Assembly: GCA_964016885.1 (NCBI GenBank)
Contig: OZ024760.1
Coordinates: 29,078,001 to 29,142,000 of the forward strand
Source: Eledone cirrhosa
Taxonomy: Eukaryota
Direction: 5' to 3'
Length of the DNA stretch: 64,000 nt
The notes under the pieces are model-generated. The model was not told where the DNA came from. It searched no databases and saw only the letters and a program-made list of their open reading frames with translations. The translations under genes and the position numbers were made by a program. Below, one piece after another: positions 27,972 to 41,017 of this stretch; position 1 is the first letter of the stretch; the number at the start of each line of letters is the position of its first letter.

Positions 27972-28120
27972 CTTGGTGTTAGGAAGGGCATCCAGCTGTA
28001 AAAACCAGCCTGACACACTTCCCTGCGAGCGAGACACGGTCTCCCGACCATTCCCGCATCAAGTGGAACAAAACCGTCTAACCCATGCTTGCGTGGAAGA
28101 TGGACATTAAACTATGATGA

Positions 28121-28125
<5 letters not shown>
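27972..28125 (+). mobile_element. RTE/SINE 3' tail
   Basis: GGTGTTAGGAAGGGCATCCAGCTGTA..(GAT)n. Confidence 0.8.
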
Positions 28126-28189
<64 letters not shown>

Positions 28190-28335
28190 ATAGAAGTGGT
28201 TACAGTTAGTTCACCATATCGAGAACAATTGTTTCACCTTACCGGATCCTCAGAGGAGCCGCTAAGGTGAAACAAAGTGCTAAGTTCAATACCACTGCTT
28301 GGTACTTCAGGCTATTACACCCTTCATTGTTAACA
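28190..28335. mobile_element. Family E fold-back fragment with hammerhead motif at 28221-28253 (-)
   Basis: rc CTGAGGA-TCCGGTAAGGT-GAAA-CAATTG-TT-CTC; homologous to 44951-45116. Confidence 0.65.
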
Positions 28336-28554
28336 TTCTATGTTCATTCTTCTCTCTCACTCTCCCTCAGGTCCCCCCCCTCCTCTCTCTCTCTCTCTCT
28401 CCCGCAGCTCCGCCCTCTCTCTCACTCTCCCTCACCCCCCTCTCCCTCAGCCCCCCTCTCTCTCTCTCTCCTATTGCTTGTGTTTTTTTCCATATTGACA
28501 ACAAACAAAAAACGTTATTATTTAGAAGTAGGGCAACACACGTGTGTGTGTGTG

Positions 28555-29945
28555 TATGTATGTATGACTGTATGGTTGTGTGTGTGTGTATGACTGTATG
28601 GTTGTGTGTATGTATGACTGTATGGTTGTGTGTGTGTATGACTGTATGGTTGTGTGTGTGTGTGTGTATGACTGTATGGGTGTGTATGTATTTATGATTG
28701 TATGGGTGTGTGTATGTATGACTGGGTGTGTGTATGTATGTATGACTGTATGGGTGTGTGTGTATGTATGACTGTGTGTATGTATGTATGACTTATGGCT
28801 GTGTGTGTATGTATGACTGTATGGGTGTGTGTATGTATGTATGACTGTATGGGTGTGTATGTATGTATGACTGTATGGGTGTGTGTGTATGTATGACTGT
28901 ATGGGTGTTGTGTGTATATGTGTTTATGACTGTATGTGTGTGTGTATGTATGTATGACTGTATGGGTGTGTGTATGTATGACTGTATGGGTGTGTGTGTG
29001 TATGTATGACTGTATGGGTGTGTGTGTATGAATGTAAGACTGTGTGTGTGTGTATGTATGACTATGGGTGTGTGTGTATATATGTATGACTGTATGGGTG
29101 GGTGTGTATGTATGTATGACTGTATGGGTGTGTGTGTATGTATGACTATGGCTGTGTGTGTATGTATGTATGACTGTATGTGTGTGTGTGTGTATGTATG
29201 ATTGTGTATGTATGACTGTATGTGTGTGTGTGTATGACTGTACGGATGTGTGTGTATATATGTATGGCTGTGTATGTATGTATGACTGTGTGTGTGTGTA
29301 TGTATGACTGTATGGCTGTGTGTGTATGTATGACTGTATGGCTGTGTATATATGTATGACTATGGGTGTGTGTGTGTGTGTGTATGTATGACTATGTGTG
29401 TGTGTGTATGTATGACTGTATGTGTGTGTGTATGACCGTATGGGTGTGTGTGTGTATGACTGTATGTGTAAGTATGTATGACTGTATGGGTGTGTGTGTG
29501 TGTGACTGTGTGTATGTATGACTGTATGGCTGTGTGTGTATGTATGACTGTACGGCTGTGTATGTGTATGTATGACTGTATGGCTGTGTGTGTGTATGTA
29601 TGTATGGCTGTGTGTGTATGTATGTATGACTCTATGGCTGTGTGTGTATGTATGTATGATTGTATGGCAGTGTGTATGTATGTATGACTGTATGGGTGTG
29701 TGTGTATGTATGTATGACTGTATGTGTGTATGTATGACTGTATGTGTGTGTGTATGTATGACTGTATGGCTGTGTGTATGTATGACTGTGTGTATGTATG
29801 TATGACTGTGTGTGTGTATGTATGACTGTGTGTGTGTATGTATGATTGTATGTGTGTGTGTATGTATGTATGACTATGGGTGTGTGTGTATGTATAGGTG
29901 TGTGTATGTATGTATGACTGTATGGCTGTGTGTATGTATAGGTGT
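28555..29945. repeat. Minisatellite GTATGACTGTATGG(GT)n
   Basis: Direct inspection. Confidence 0.9.
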
Positions 29946-30004
29946 GTGTGTGTATGTATACGTACATATGTTGTTTGTCTGTCTTCACATTTATCATTAT
30001 TATA

Positions 30005-30188
30005 GGCAGTATCGGTAGAGGGTCGGACGCCATGCTTTCTAGCATAGAGTTACGGCCCTTGCCATTCTGAGTTCAAATCCCGCCGAGGTTAACTTTGCCT
30101 TTCATCCTTACGGGGTTGATAAAATAAAGTACCTGTAATACACTGGGGTAATAGCTGGCCTTGTGCCAAAAGCAGAAACAATTATTAC
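30005..30188 (+). mobile_element. SINE S1
   Basis: A/B boxes and conserved body. Confidence 0.85.
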
Positions 30189-31212
30189 TATATATATACA
30201 TATATATATATAATCTCCCCCCCCCCCCCACCCCCACCCGAAAGAAAACCCCCAAAAATGACAAATGCAAGGAAATTAATTTAATAATTCTTTGAAGAAT
30301 ATCTTCCGGAACCATGAAGTGTGTGTGTGTGTGTGGGGGGGGGGGGGATTTTATTGTTATTTTTGAAAAAAATGATATATAGTGGGTGGGAGGGTGTGTG
30401 TGTTTGTGTGCATGTGTGTGTGCATGCATTTGTGTATGTGTGAGTGTGTGTGTCTGTGTGAGCGTGCATGAGTGTGTGTGTATTTGTGTGTGTGCATGTG
30501 TGCACATGACTGTATTTGTGTGTGTGCATGCATTAGTGTGTGTGTGTGTACAAGAGTGTATTTGTGTGTGTGTGTACATGAGTGTATTTGTGTGCGTGCA
30601 TGTGTGTGCACGTGCATTAGTGTGTGTATGTGTGTGTGTATTATCTCTATCATTGCTTAGGGACGTGGAAGACAAACATGCCCCCCCCCCCCTCATCACC
30701 TTTAGCCAGAAAACCACAAAAACAACAATATTAAATGATTTGGAAATCAGAATTACTAAATAGAATGTATTCTTTCTGATTGGTTTAGATTCCAATAGAG
30801 ACTAACGACTTACGACTAACGAGGCTGTGAGAGAACGGAGCGGGATGAACAATTTAGCATTAAGTTATTTTGTTGAGGGGGAAAATACAGTTGATTGGTT
30901 TAGTGGTAGAGGGGTGTGGAGGGCGTTGGGTAGGGGTGGAATGGGGGAGTGTGGTGGTAGAGGGGGAGATATTGGGGGTACGTGGGGAGGGGGAGTGTGG
31001 TGGTAGAGGAGGGGTGTTGTTGATTTTTTCTGCTGTATAAAATAGAGCAGAAATGGTGCCAGGGGGTGTAGAGTAAAGGCGGGGGTGGTGTAGAGTGGTG
31101 GGGGAAGGGTGGTGTAGGGTGAGGGAGGAGTGGAGTTAAAAGAGGAAGGAATGGAAGCTGAGTTAATTTTGATCGCTTTGTGAAAATTCCACCTCACAAG
31201 GAAGATGTGGAG

Positions 31213-32068
31213 ATGGTGGTGGTGGTGGTGGTGGTGGTGGTGGTGGTGGTGGTTGTAGTGGTGGTGGTGGTGGTGGTAGTGGTTGTGGTGGTTGTAGTGG
31301 TGGTGGTGGTTGAAGTGGTGGTGGTGGTGGTTGTAGTGGTGGTGGTGGTTGAAGTGGTGGTGGTGGTGTAGTGGTGGTGGTGATGGTAGTGGTGGTGTTG
31401 TAGTGGTGGTGGTGGTGGTTGTAGTGGTGGTGGTGGTGATGGTAGTGGTGGTAGTGGTGGTGGCGGTGGTCGTGTTGTGGTGGTGGTGATGGGGGAGATG
31501 GTGGTTGTGGTGGTGGTTGTTGTAGTGATGGTGGTGGTGGTGGAGATGGTGGTTGTGGTTGTGGTAGTGGTGATGGTGGAGATGGTGGTTGTGGTGGTGG
31601 TTGTTGTAGTGGTAGTGGTGGAGATGGTGGTTGTGGTGGTGGTGTTGGTGGTGGAGATGGTGGTTGTGGTGGTGGTGTTGGTGGTGGAGATGGTGGTTGT
31701 GGTGGTGGTGGTGGAATTGGTGGGTATGAATTGAAAGTAGGATGGTTGTTGTGGTTAGAATGGAGATGGAGTGGTGGAGGATGTGTTATAATCTGTGTTG
31801 CTGGTCTGGGTGGGTCGGACAGGGAGGTTACCATTGTACCACAGTTTCAATGACAGGAGGACCAATTAAAGATTTTGGAGCTGACTGGTCAGCCTCTCTC
31901 TCACTCCACCCCCTCTCTCTCTCTCTTACACCACCTCTCCCTCTCACTCCACCTCTCTCTCTCTCTCTTACACCACCTCTCCCTCCACCTCTCTCTCTCT
32001 CTCTCTCTTACACCACCTCTCCCTCCACCTCACTCTCTCTCTCTCACTCTTACACCACCTCTCCCTCC

Positions 32069-32104
<36 letters not shown>

Positions 32105-32515
32105 CCACCTCTCCCTCCACCTCACTCTCTCTCTCTCACTCTTACACCACCTCTCCCTCCACCTCACTCTCTCTCTCACTCCACCTCTCTCTCACTCCAC
32201 CTCACTCTCTCTCTCTCTCTCTTACACCACCTCTCCCTCCACCTCTCTCTCTCTCTCTTACACCACTTCTCCCTCTCACTCTCTCTCTTATATCACTTCT
32301 CCCTCTCACTCTCTCTCCACCTCTCTCTCTCTCTTACACCACCTCTCCCTCTCTCTCTCCACCTCTCTCTCTCACACCACCTCTCTCTCACACCACCTCT
32401 CTCTCTCACACCACCTCTCCCTCTCTCTCCACCTCTCTCTCTCTTACACCCCCTCTCCCTCTCACCCCCCTCTCACTCTCACTCCACCTCTCTCACTCCC
32501 CCCTCTCTCTTCTCT
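31213..32515. repeat. (GGT)n array then TTACACCACCTCTCCCTC(CT)n minisatellite
   Basis: Direct inspection (31213-31715; 31895-32515). Confidence 0.85.
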
Positions 32516-33361
32516 CACCTCTTTGATTATACTTTCTGTTTGGCTCTTATAACAGAAAGATGTGATGATGATGATGATGATGATGGGGGTGATGTTGGAG
32601 GTGGTGATAATGATGATGATAATGGTGGGGGTGGGAACAATGATGATGGTGGTGGTGGCAGTGACGGCGTTGCTGCTGCTGCTGCTATTGCTGATAAATG
32701 AAGGACAAACAATCAAGTTGTCTTGGATATTTGACCAATTCATCAAAAGCTGGAAAGCTGATAAATGTATGTTTGTATACATACACACACACACTTACAC
32801 ACACACATGTACACACACACACATGTACACACACACACACACACACACACTTACATATATACACACACACATACATACACACACACACACACTTACATAT
32901 ATACACACACACACATGTACACACACACACACACTTACACACACACACTTACATATATACACACACATGTACATACACACACATACATACACACACACAT
33001 ACACACACACACTTACATACACACCCACACACACACACACACACACATACAGTCACATACATACATGTATACACATATATACACATATATACACATATAT
33101 ACACATATATACACATATATACACATATATACACATATATATACATACATATATGTACACATACATATACACACACGTACACACACACACGTACACATAC
33201 ACACACGTACACATACATACATGTATACACATACACATATATACATACATGTACACATACATATACACACACGTACACACATATACACGTGTACACACAC
33301 ACATATGTAAATGGTTGATTAGTGTCAGTATGTATATATGTATGTATATATATGTATGTAC

Positions 33362-33392
<31 letters not shown>

Positions 33393-33410
33393 TATATATG
33401 TACATGTATG

Positions 33411-33443
<33 letters not shown>

Positions 33444-33454
33444 GTACATGTATG

Positions 33455-33487
<33 letters not shown>

Positions 33488-33606
33488 GTACATGTATGTA
33501 TATATATATATGTACATGTATGTATATATATATATGTACATGTATGTATATATGTATGTATTTATGTATAAAGTGCAAGTTATATTTGTGTGTATATATA
33601 TATATA

Positions 33607-33797
33607 AGTTATTCTGGGTTGAATCGGAGGTAACCACAGTAAGTAAGGTACTCAATACAAAGCAGAGTATAAATGTTTTAATATAGAAGAGCTTCTACAG
33701 GACTAGAACTGTTTCATTCATGAGAAATCACCAGGAAGCCCTTCCTGATGATTTCTCACGAATGAAACAGTTCTAGTCCTGTAGAAGCTTTTCTATA
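33607..33797. mobile_element. Family B fold-back element with hammerheads at 33692-33738 (-) and 33741-33787 (+)
   Basis: CTTC-CTGATGA-TTTCTCACGAAT-GAAA-CAG..CTG-TA|GAAG; minus copy has core CTGGTGA. Confidence 0.75.
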
Positions 33798-33817
33798 ATA
33801 AATATACATATATATAT

Positions 33818-34143
33818 CCCACTACCCCCACCCCATCCACACAACCCCTTTCAATGTAAAGTTATGTCGGTACCACAACATCCAGTCCTAAATAAATGAG
33901 GTCGTGTAGGTGTCATGACAAAAAACACAGTCCACGCTGTAATGTGGTCGTGTAGGTAACACAGTAAAAACCTCCCAGTTCCACACTGTAAATGTGGTTG
34001 GTGTTAGGAAGGGCATCCAGCAGTAGAAAACCTGCCAGACAGTCCTATATGAGCAGGACAACCAATCTTGCCTCAAGTGGGAAAACTCCCGTCCAGACCC
34101 ATGCAAGCGTGGAATATGGACGTTAAACGATGATGATGATGAT
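33818..34143 (+). mobile_element. RTE 3' UTR
   Basis: Matches 9030-9358. Confidence 0.85.
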
Positions 34144-35254
34144 ATATATATATATATAAATATAAATTAGCGAGAATCGTATTTCGGCTTAGGAATTAGC
34201 GAATAACAACTTCCGAGATGTGTGGCAAGCGCTCAATGGTTCAGATGAACCAGAGCTACAACATAAGTTAAAGGCCAAACACACTGAGACGATGGTTAAA
34301 CCGTCATCTGCACAGCCATAGAAACGACCAAGTAATTCGGGTAAAACAAATAAGAAAATATGTGATTGAAAAAATATATGTGTGTGTGTGTGTGTGTACA
34401 TATATATATGTACGTTGGTTTTGCAGGAGAAATTACTTGTGATTGTGGCTGTCACCAGTAATATCTTTGGTACACGTTGGGGTTGGGTGTAAAAGACATG
34501 CTAATATGTTTTAGGTAGTGAAAGAGCTAAGGTTGTTGTTGCTGTTAAGATATTTTGTAGGAAGCCATCAGCAGTTGGTTGACTTCTACTTAGAGGTGAT
34601 TTCTAGTGATTTTAGTAGCAGCAGTTTTTTAGTAGGGCACCAACAAGTGACATATTTTTTTATGGTAGAAGGTATTTCAGGTGAGAGAGGGGTGGAGAGG
34701 AAAGGGAGAGTGACAAAGAGAGGGGGGGGTGAGTGAGAGGGAGAGAGAGAGAGGGAGCGTGTGTGGCAGAGAGAGAGGGGGGATGAGTGTGTGGCAGAGA
34801 GAGAGGGGGTGAGTGTAGCAGAGAGAGAGAGGGGATGAGTGAGAGGGAGAGAGAGAGAGAGGGGATGAGTAAGAGGGAGAGAGTGTGTGGCCGAGAGAGA
34901 GAGAGAAAGAGGATGAGTGAGAGGGATAAAGAAAGGGAGAGAGAGAGAATGAGTGAGAGAGAGAGAGAAAGGGACAGAGTGACAGAGAGAGAGAAAAGGA
35001 GAGAGTGACAGAGAGAGAGGGGGGATAAAGAAAAGGAGTGTCAGGCAAAGAAAGAAGGACAGGGATAGAGAGAGAGAGAGAAAAGGAGAGTGACAGAGAA
35101 AGGGAGAGAGTGTTGGGCAAAGAAAGAGAGAGAGAGAGAATGCAAATAGGACAGTAAAAAACAACCAAACAAATAAAACAATAACATATTAAAATTATAA
35201 AAATAATAATCATAACAATTCCTTTAATAATAATAAATATAATGATAAAATATA

Positions 35255-35302
35255 TGCATATATATATCTATATATCTATATGTATATATGTATATATATA
35301 TG

Positions 35303-35335
<33 letters not shown>

Positions 35336-35692
35336 GTGTATATATGTATATGTATATATGTATATATATATATATATATGTCTATATGTATATATATGTA
35401 TATATATATATGTATATATGTATGTATATATATGTATATATGTATGTATATATGTATGTATATATATGTATATATGTATGTATATATATGTATATGTGTA
35501 TATATATGTATATATGTATATATGTATATATGTATATATGTATATATATATGTATATATATATATATATCTATATCTATATGTATATATGTATATGTATA
35601 TATATATATATGTATATGTATATATGTATATATATATGTATATATGTATATATATATATGTATATATATGTATATATATATATATCTATATG

Positions 35693-35723
<31 letters not shown>

Positions 35724-35772
35724 CTATATGTATATATATATATATATGTATATATGTATATATCTATATATG

Positions 35773-35803
<31 letters not shown>

Positions 35804-35908
35804 GTATATATGTATATATCTATATATGTATATATATATATATGTATATATGTATATATCTATATATGTATATATATATATATGTATATATGTATATATA
35901 TGTATATA

Positions 35909-35941
<33 letters not shown>

Positions 35942-36057
35942 ATATATATATATATATATGTATATGTATATATATGCATGTATATATATATCTTTATGTA
36001 TATATATATATGTATGCATGTGTGTGTGTGTATATATATATATAGAGAGAGAGCGAG

Positions 36058-36097
<40 letters not shown>

Positions 36098-36153
36098 CTA
36101 AAAACCATATCATTTGTACTGCCTCTGTGTTTTTTGTTCTCTGTTCATTTTTA

Positions 36154-36210
<57 letters not shown>

Positions 36211-36240
36211 CAAATATATATATATATATATATATATATT
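35255..36240. repeat. (TA)n/(TATG)n compound microsatellite
   Basis: Direct inspection. Confidence 0.95.
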
Positions 36241-36603
36241 TAACTATAAGCATCATCATCATCATCAATATGATGATAGGAGAGTGTGTATATTGTAAGA
36301 GGCAGAATATTGTGGTTGATCTGACATGTTTAGTCAATAGATATAATGTAACTTCTCACAGCCGAAGGCATCTGGATTCAGCAGCCGTCAGATAATTTAT
36401 TGATTTATAATCATGATTTTAAGAAATTTCTCTATAGATATGCATGTGTGAGAGAGTGTCTGTGTGTGTGTGTCTGCCTGTGAGAGAGTGTCTCTGTGTG
36501 TGCTTCTGAGTGTGTGTCTGTGTGTGTTTATGTGTGTGCAAATGTATATATGGAGAGAGGGGTGTTTCTATGCACACATATACATATATTTATATATATT
36601 TAG

Positions 36604-36641
<38 letters not shown>

Positions 36642-36845
36642 GATGTGTTTGCATGAGTGTGTGTGTATATATATATGTGTGTGTGTGTGTGTGTATATAT
36701 ATGTGTATGTGTGTGTATGTTTTTGCTTGTATGAGTGTGTATATATATATGTGTCTCTCTGTGTGTGTGTTTGTGTGTGTGTTTTTGCTTGTGTGTGTAT
36801 ATATATATATGTGTGTGTGTGTGTGGGTGTATGTATGTTTTTGCT

Positions 36846-36877
<32 letters not shown>

Positions 36878-36933
36878 AATACATATGTGTGTGTATGTGT
36901 TTGCTTGTGTGCATGTTTTTGCTTGTGTGCATG

Positions 36934-36965
<32 letters not shown>

Positions 36966-37116
36966 AATTTTATTCTTGACATTTTGGGGCTATATTTTGA
37001 ATGTATTCTTCTTCAATTTTGTAAAAAGCTATGAAATGAATTGAAATGGAAAGAAGGTAGAGAGAAGACTGTCACACATGAAATATGTAATTTAACTAAA
37101 CAGTTTTCAGAAATTA

Positions 37117-37159
<43 letters not shown>

Positions 37160-37195
37160 GAGAATAAACGTGCTGCGTGGTTGCTAATGGGTTAC

Positions 37196-37317
37196 ATATG
37201 AATAAAGTTAGTCCTTCATCAGTGATCTTCCAACCATCATTGGTATCTGGTCTTTAAATCGATGAAATACCAATGATGGTTGGAAGATCACTGATGAAGG
37301 ACTAACTTTATTCATAT
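37196..37317. repeat. 51-bp-arm inverted repeat with orphan CTGATGA
   Basis: 37196-37246 vs 37267-37317. Confidence 0.75.
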
Positions 37318-37467
37318 ATATATATATATATATATGTATGTAGGAGGTGAGTTTTATTGTAGCACAATAAAGCAATGCAAATATCGGATATGTAGCACTC
37401 TACAGTTTGTAGGATAAGTTGATTTAAAACTTTGCAAGTGTTTTTTAAGCTTCATATCATGTATCCC

Positions 37468-37538
37468 TATTTTATCTGATGAAAACGCAAATATCATCCC
37501 ATGATGATATTTGTTTTTGAAATGCGCATAATAAAATA
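37468..37538 (+). ncRNA. Minimal type I hammerhead ribozyme motif (long helix II)
   Basis: TATTTTAT-CTGATGA-16-bp helix II-GAAA-TGCGCA-TA|ATAAAATA; palindromic helix III ATGCGCAT. Confidence 0.88.
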
Positions 37539-37614
37539 CTTGGAACTCTTTTAACCATCCTTTGATCTTATATTATATATATATTTATTTATTTATTTTT
37601 TTTAAATTATTTTT

Positions 37615-37948
37615 TTTATCATTTTACGTCCGCTTTTCCTTGCTTGCAAAAGTGGGATGGGAACTGATTCTGGCTTGATTTCTACAGCTGGATGCCCTTC
37701 CTAACACCAACCACATTTACAGTGAGTGCTGGGTGCTTGTTTTTGCCGTGGCGCCTCTACGACCACTTTGCAGTGGAATGATAAGGACCCCAGTCCCTAT
37801 CATCTCATTTCTACAGCTGAGTAAACTGGAGCAATGTGAAATAAAGTGTCTTGCTCAAGGAAACAACACATCACCCGGTCTGAGAATTGAACTCACAACC
37901 TTTCGATTGCAAGGCCAATGCTCTAACCACTAAGCCATGTGCCTCCAT
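37615..37948 (-). mobile_element. SINE S2, full length
   Basis: tRNA head, CORE-like body, RTE-type tail. Confidence 0.85.
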
Positions 37949-38100
37949 ATATAAATATATATATATTTATTAAAATAACAGATTAAAGTTTAAGCAAAGA
38001 ATTGCTGCTTTCACTCTTAACACACACATATACTACCCAAGAAAATTCATCTAAGGTATGATTTCCTTGGCTATGTCAAAATTTATAAAACACTCTTTGT

Positions 38101-38161
38101 ATTTTATCTGATGAAAGTGTACCAAAGTTTTTTGGTACCCTTGAAATATATATAATAGAAT
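38101..38161 (+). ncRNA. Family A hammerhead motif (arm 38030-38207)
   Basis: Near-identical to 12406-12466. Confidence 0.82.
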
Positions 38162-38201
38162 AAATATGGTTTTATAAATATAGTTTCCATTTATTTAATA
38201 T

Positions 38202-38298
<97 letters not shown>

Positions 38299-38360
38299 CA
38301 CACAAAAATATGGATTGAGGAAGGTGAGGTTGTGTGGTTACTGATAACGAGTGTTAGAAG

Positions 38361-38697
38361 GTAAGGCCACACAAACAGATGGACAGTTTCCCTTCATCAG
38401 TTGTCTACCATGGGTCATGGATGTTTCAGTGCATTATAGACATTACATCTATCCATAGCACACCCATAGCCTTTTATCTATCAAAAAGCCATGAGGGCAA
38501 GAAGCAATAGTGATGAGAGAGAAAGAAAGAAAAAAAGCGAGAAGAAAAAAAAAAGAAGTAAACATACCGATAGAAGGGGGAAACACAGAACCATGGCACA
38601 TGTAAGATGTATTGTCTATAATGTGCTGAAACATCCGTGACCCGTAGTAAACAACCGACGAAGGGAAACTGTCCATCTCCTGTTTGTGTCGCTTTAC
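38361..38697. mobile_element. Fold-back element with degenerate hammerhead-like motifs
   Basis: Arms 38361-38450 and 38605-38697 containing GAAAC..C(T/C)GA(T/C)GA-AGG-GAAAC. Confidence 0.5.
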
Positions 38698-38707
38698 TTA
38701 TATATAT

Positions 38708-38883
38708 ATTTATTAATTAAAATAACAGAAGATCCCGTTAAGGATGAAAGCAGCGATTCTTTGATTAAACTTTAATCTGTTATTTTAATAAATATTTGCT
38801 CTAGCGTTTTTATATATCTAATATATATTTATCCTTATCGAGCCCTCTTTGGATTTTAGTCTTCACATTTATTATCATTACTA
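38708..38883 (+). mobile_element. Family D element with tail
   Basis: CAGAAGA-TCC..GGAT-GAAA at 38726; tail TATCGAGC. Confidence 0.6.
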
Positions 38884-38951
38884 TATATATATATAAAATA
38901 ATTAAGTCAAATATGTAAAATTTTGCTTTGTTTATTATAAATTATAGATAT

Positions 38952-39006
38952 ACTGTTATATATATTTCGGTGACAGCCATCATTGGCTGTGACATCTTCA
39001 GGCAGT
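38952..39006 (-). ncRNA. Minimal type I hammerhead ribozyme motif
   Basis: rc ACTGC-CTGAAGA-TGTCACAGCCA-ATGA-TGGCTGTCACC-GAAA-TATATA-TA|ACAGT. Confidence 0.75.
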
Positions 39007-39128
39007 CCGAATTGGTGTGGGAAAGACAGGTACACATGTTGTTGAAGTGTGTTTTACTCCGTCAATACATCGATATGTCCAGCTCCTGGTTGTGTTGTTA
39101 TTTTTCTGGGGAACAACCAACATATACT

Positions 39129-39167
<39 letters not shown>

Positions 39168-39861
39168 TGCTTTTTGTGATGTCACCGAAATCTAACAGGG
39201 TGGACTGGGTGTTTTTTGTCAAGTCACCAGCAGAATAAGTTAGAAATCACAAACTCTAGCCACTTCCTAAAACTCCAATATCTTACGCAATCAGGAATGT
39301 TGAACATTCTAAAGTTCTAGTTCTTTAGAATGTGCCATTTTTTTCTATAAAAATAGCTTCTTTTTTTTATTTGAAATAAATTCAATAAAGTTCTGAAATA
39401 GTTCCTCCTCATTGAACTATTTCTTAATTTCTGATTGGAACTATGAAAATACTGTAAAGATTTCTATATATTTATTTGTACTGTTGACTATTTGATTGGT
39501 AAAATGTGATTGGAATAATTGATTAATTTAATTGATTATTAATGATGATGATTGGAAATTTGTTTTTTTATTTATTTTATTTTATTTTATTTTATTTTTT
39601 TGAAAATTGAAAATTGAAAATTCTATTTCATTAATGAACAATTAGATATTTCTGTCCAAGATAAATAACAAATTTTTAAAGTCCGGTGTTAAGATTGCAG
39701 AACCCTGACAGACTTTTTACCCATTCTGGGGTTTGTTCTCAGGCAATGTTTCATGGCTAACTGTTCTTCCTATATATAATTAAATACACTCATCACTTAG
39801 CTGTTTTAAAAGCTGTTCTGGCAAGGAGTTTTCTCACTTTTCTATGAATTCAAATATATAT

Positions 39862-40022
39862 ATCATCATCATCATCATCGTTTAATGTCCATCTTCCACG
39901 CTAGCATGGGCTAGACGGTTTTGTTGCATTTGATGCAAGAATGGTCGGGAGACCATGTCTTACTCACATAGAAGCGTCTCTGGCAGGTTATTTTACAGCT
40001 TGATGCCCTTCCTAACACCAAT
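39862..40022 (-). mobile_element. RTE/SINE 3' tail
   Basis: Shared tail motif. Confidence 0.75.
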
Positions 40023-40063
40023 CACACATATATACACACATATACATATATATATACACACAC

Positions 40064-40113
<50 letters not shown>

Positions 40114-40119
40114 TATTTA

Positions 40120-40324
40120 ATATAGAAATGGCTTCTACAGGACTAGAACTGTTTCATTCAAAAGAAATCACCAGGAAAGCCGCTTTCCTGATGATTTCCT
40201 TTGAATGAAACAGTTCTAGTACTGTAGAAGCCATTTCTATACCATATATTAAATATATATACTCTGCTATGTATTGAGTACCTTACTTACTGTGGTTACC
40301 CCTGATTGAACCCAGGATTCGCAC
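40120..40324. mobile_element. Family B fold-back element with hammerheads at 40132-40178 (-) and 40184-40230 (+)
   Basis: Same family as 33607-33797; tail TATTGAGTACC on the right. Confidence 0.75.
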
Positions 40325-40334
40325 ATATATATAA

Positions 40335-40560
40335 TAATTGTTTCTACTTTTGGCACAAGGCCAGCAATTACCCAGTGCATTACTGGTACTTTATTTTATC
40401 CACCCCGTAAGGATGAAAGGTAAAGTTAACCTCATATAATAATGATAATGAAATTATTGTGTACAGTGCTCAGGTGCACTTCAACTCATCAAAGGTGCAT
40501 GTATAGTACATAGAATAATGTACAAATGTCAGGAAAGTGAATAGTGTATGAGTCCTGATA
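40335..40560 (-). mobile_element. SINE S1 3' part followed by CR1 tail
   Basis: Matches other copies in the window. Confidence 0.8.
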
Positions 40561-40632
40561 TATTTGTGTGATATCATCATCATTTTTGTCTGCTTTCCCC
40601 GCTAGCAAGATACATATATATATATATATGCA

Positions 40633-40664
<32 letters not shown>

Positions 40665-41017
40665 CACATACACAGACATAACATGACTGTGTAAACAAGC
40701 TAGAGGATAAAGGAAGTGGTCAATAGTGAAAAATCAATAGACACTAAGTCGGTTTATAATTTATTGTCAGATCAAACTTCCCAGATTGTAGGAGTTTCTT
40801 GTCAATTCTCTGCTAATTATCAAAACAAGGAAACTAAAAAATAGAAAGGATTTATCGACATCTAATGATTTAAGGAATTGCAGCTACAAATTATCTGTGT
40901 TTGGATATGTGTGTGTATGTGTATATATGTATTTATATATATGTGTATGTATGTATTTATATGTGTATGTATGTATTTATATATGTGTATGTATGTATTT
41001 ATATATATATATGTATG

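Noticed and set aside
24470-28051. 1100-1170 aa ORFs (Thr/Asn mucin-like, Gly/Val-rich)
   Set aside because: Open in several frames on both strands because the CAC/CAA repeat lacks stops; no splice or domain evidence
34410-34680. Possible decayed PLE endonuclease (ITSNFSCKTNV, minus) or small plus-strand exon
   Set aside because: Short motif with many stops; weak donor site; insufficient support
35242-36154. Tyr/Ile/Met/Cys-rich ORFs here and throughout
   Set aside because: Translations of (TA)n/(TG)n microsatellites
37196-37317. Palindrome with CTGATGA as a complete hammerhead
   Set aside because: No downstream GAAA on either arm; kept only as an inverted repeat
37870-37948. tRNA gene
   Set aside because: A/B boxes run into SINE body; these are SINE heads, not cloverleaf tRNAs
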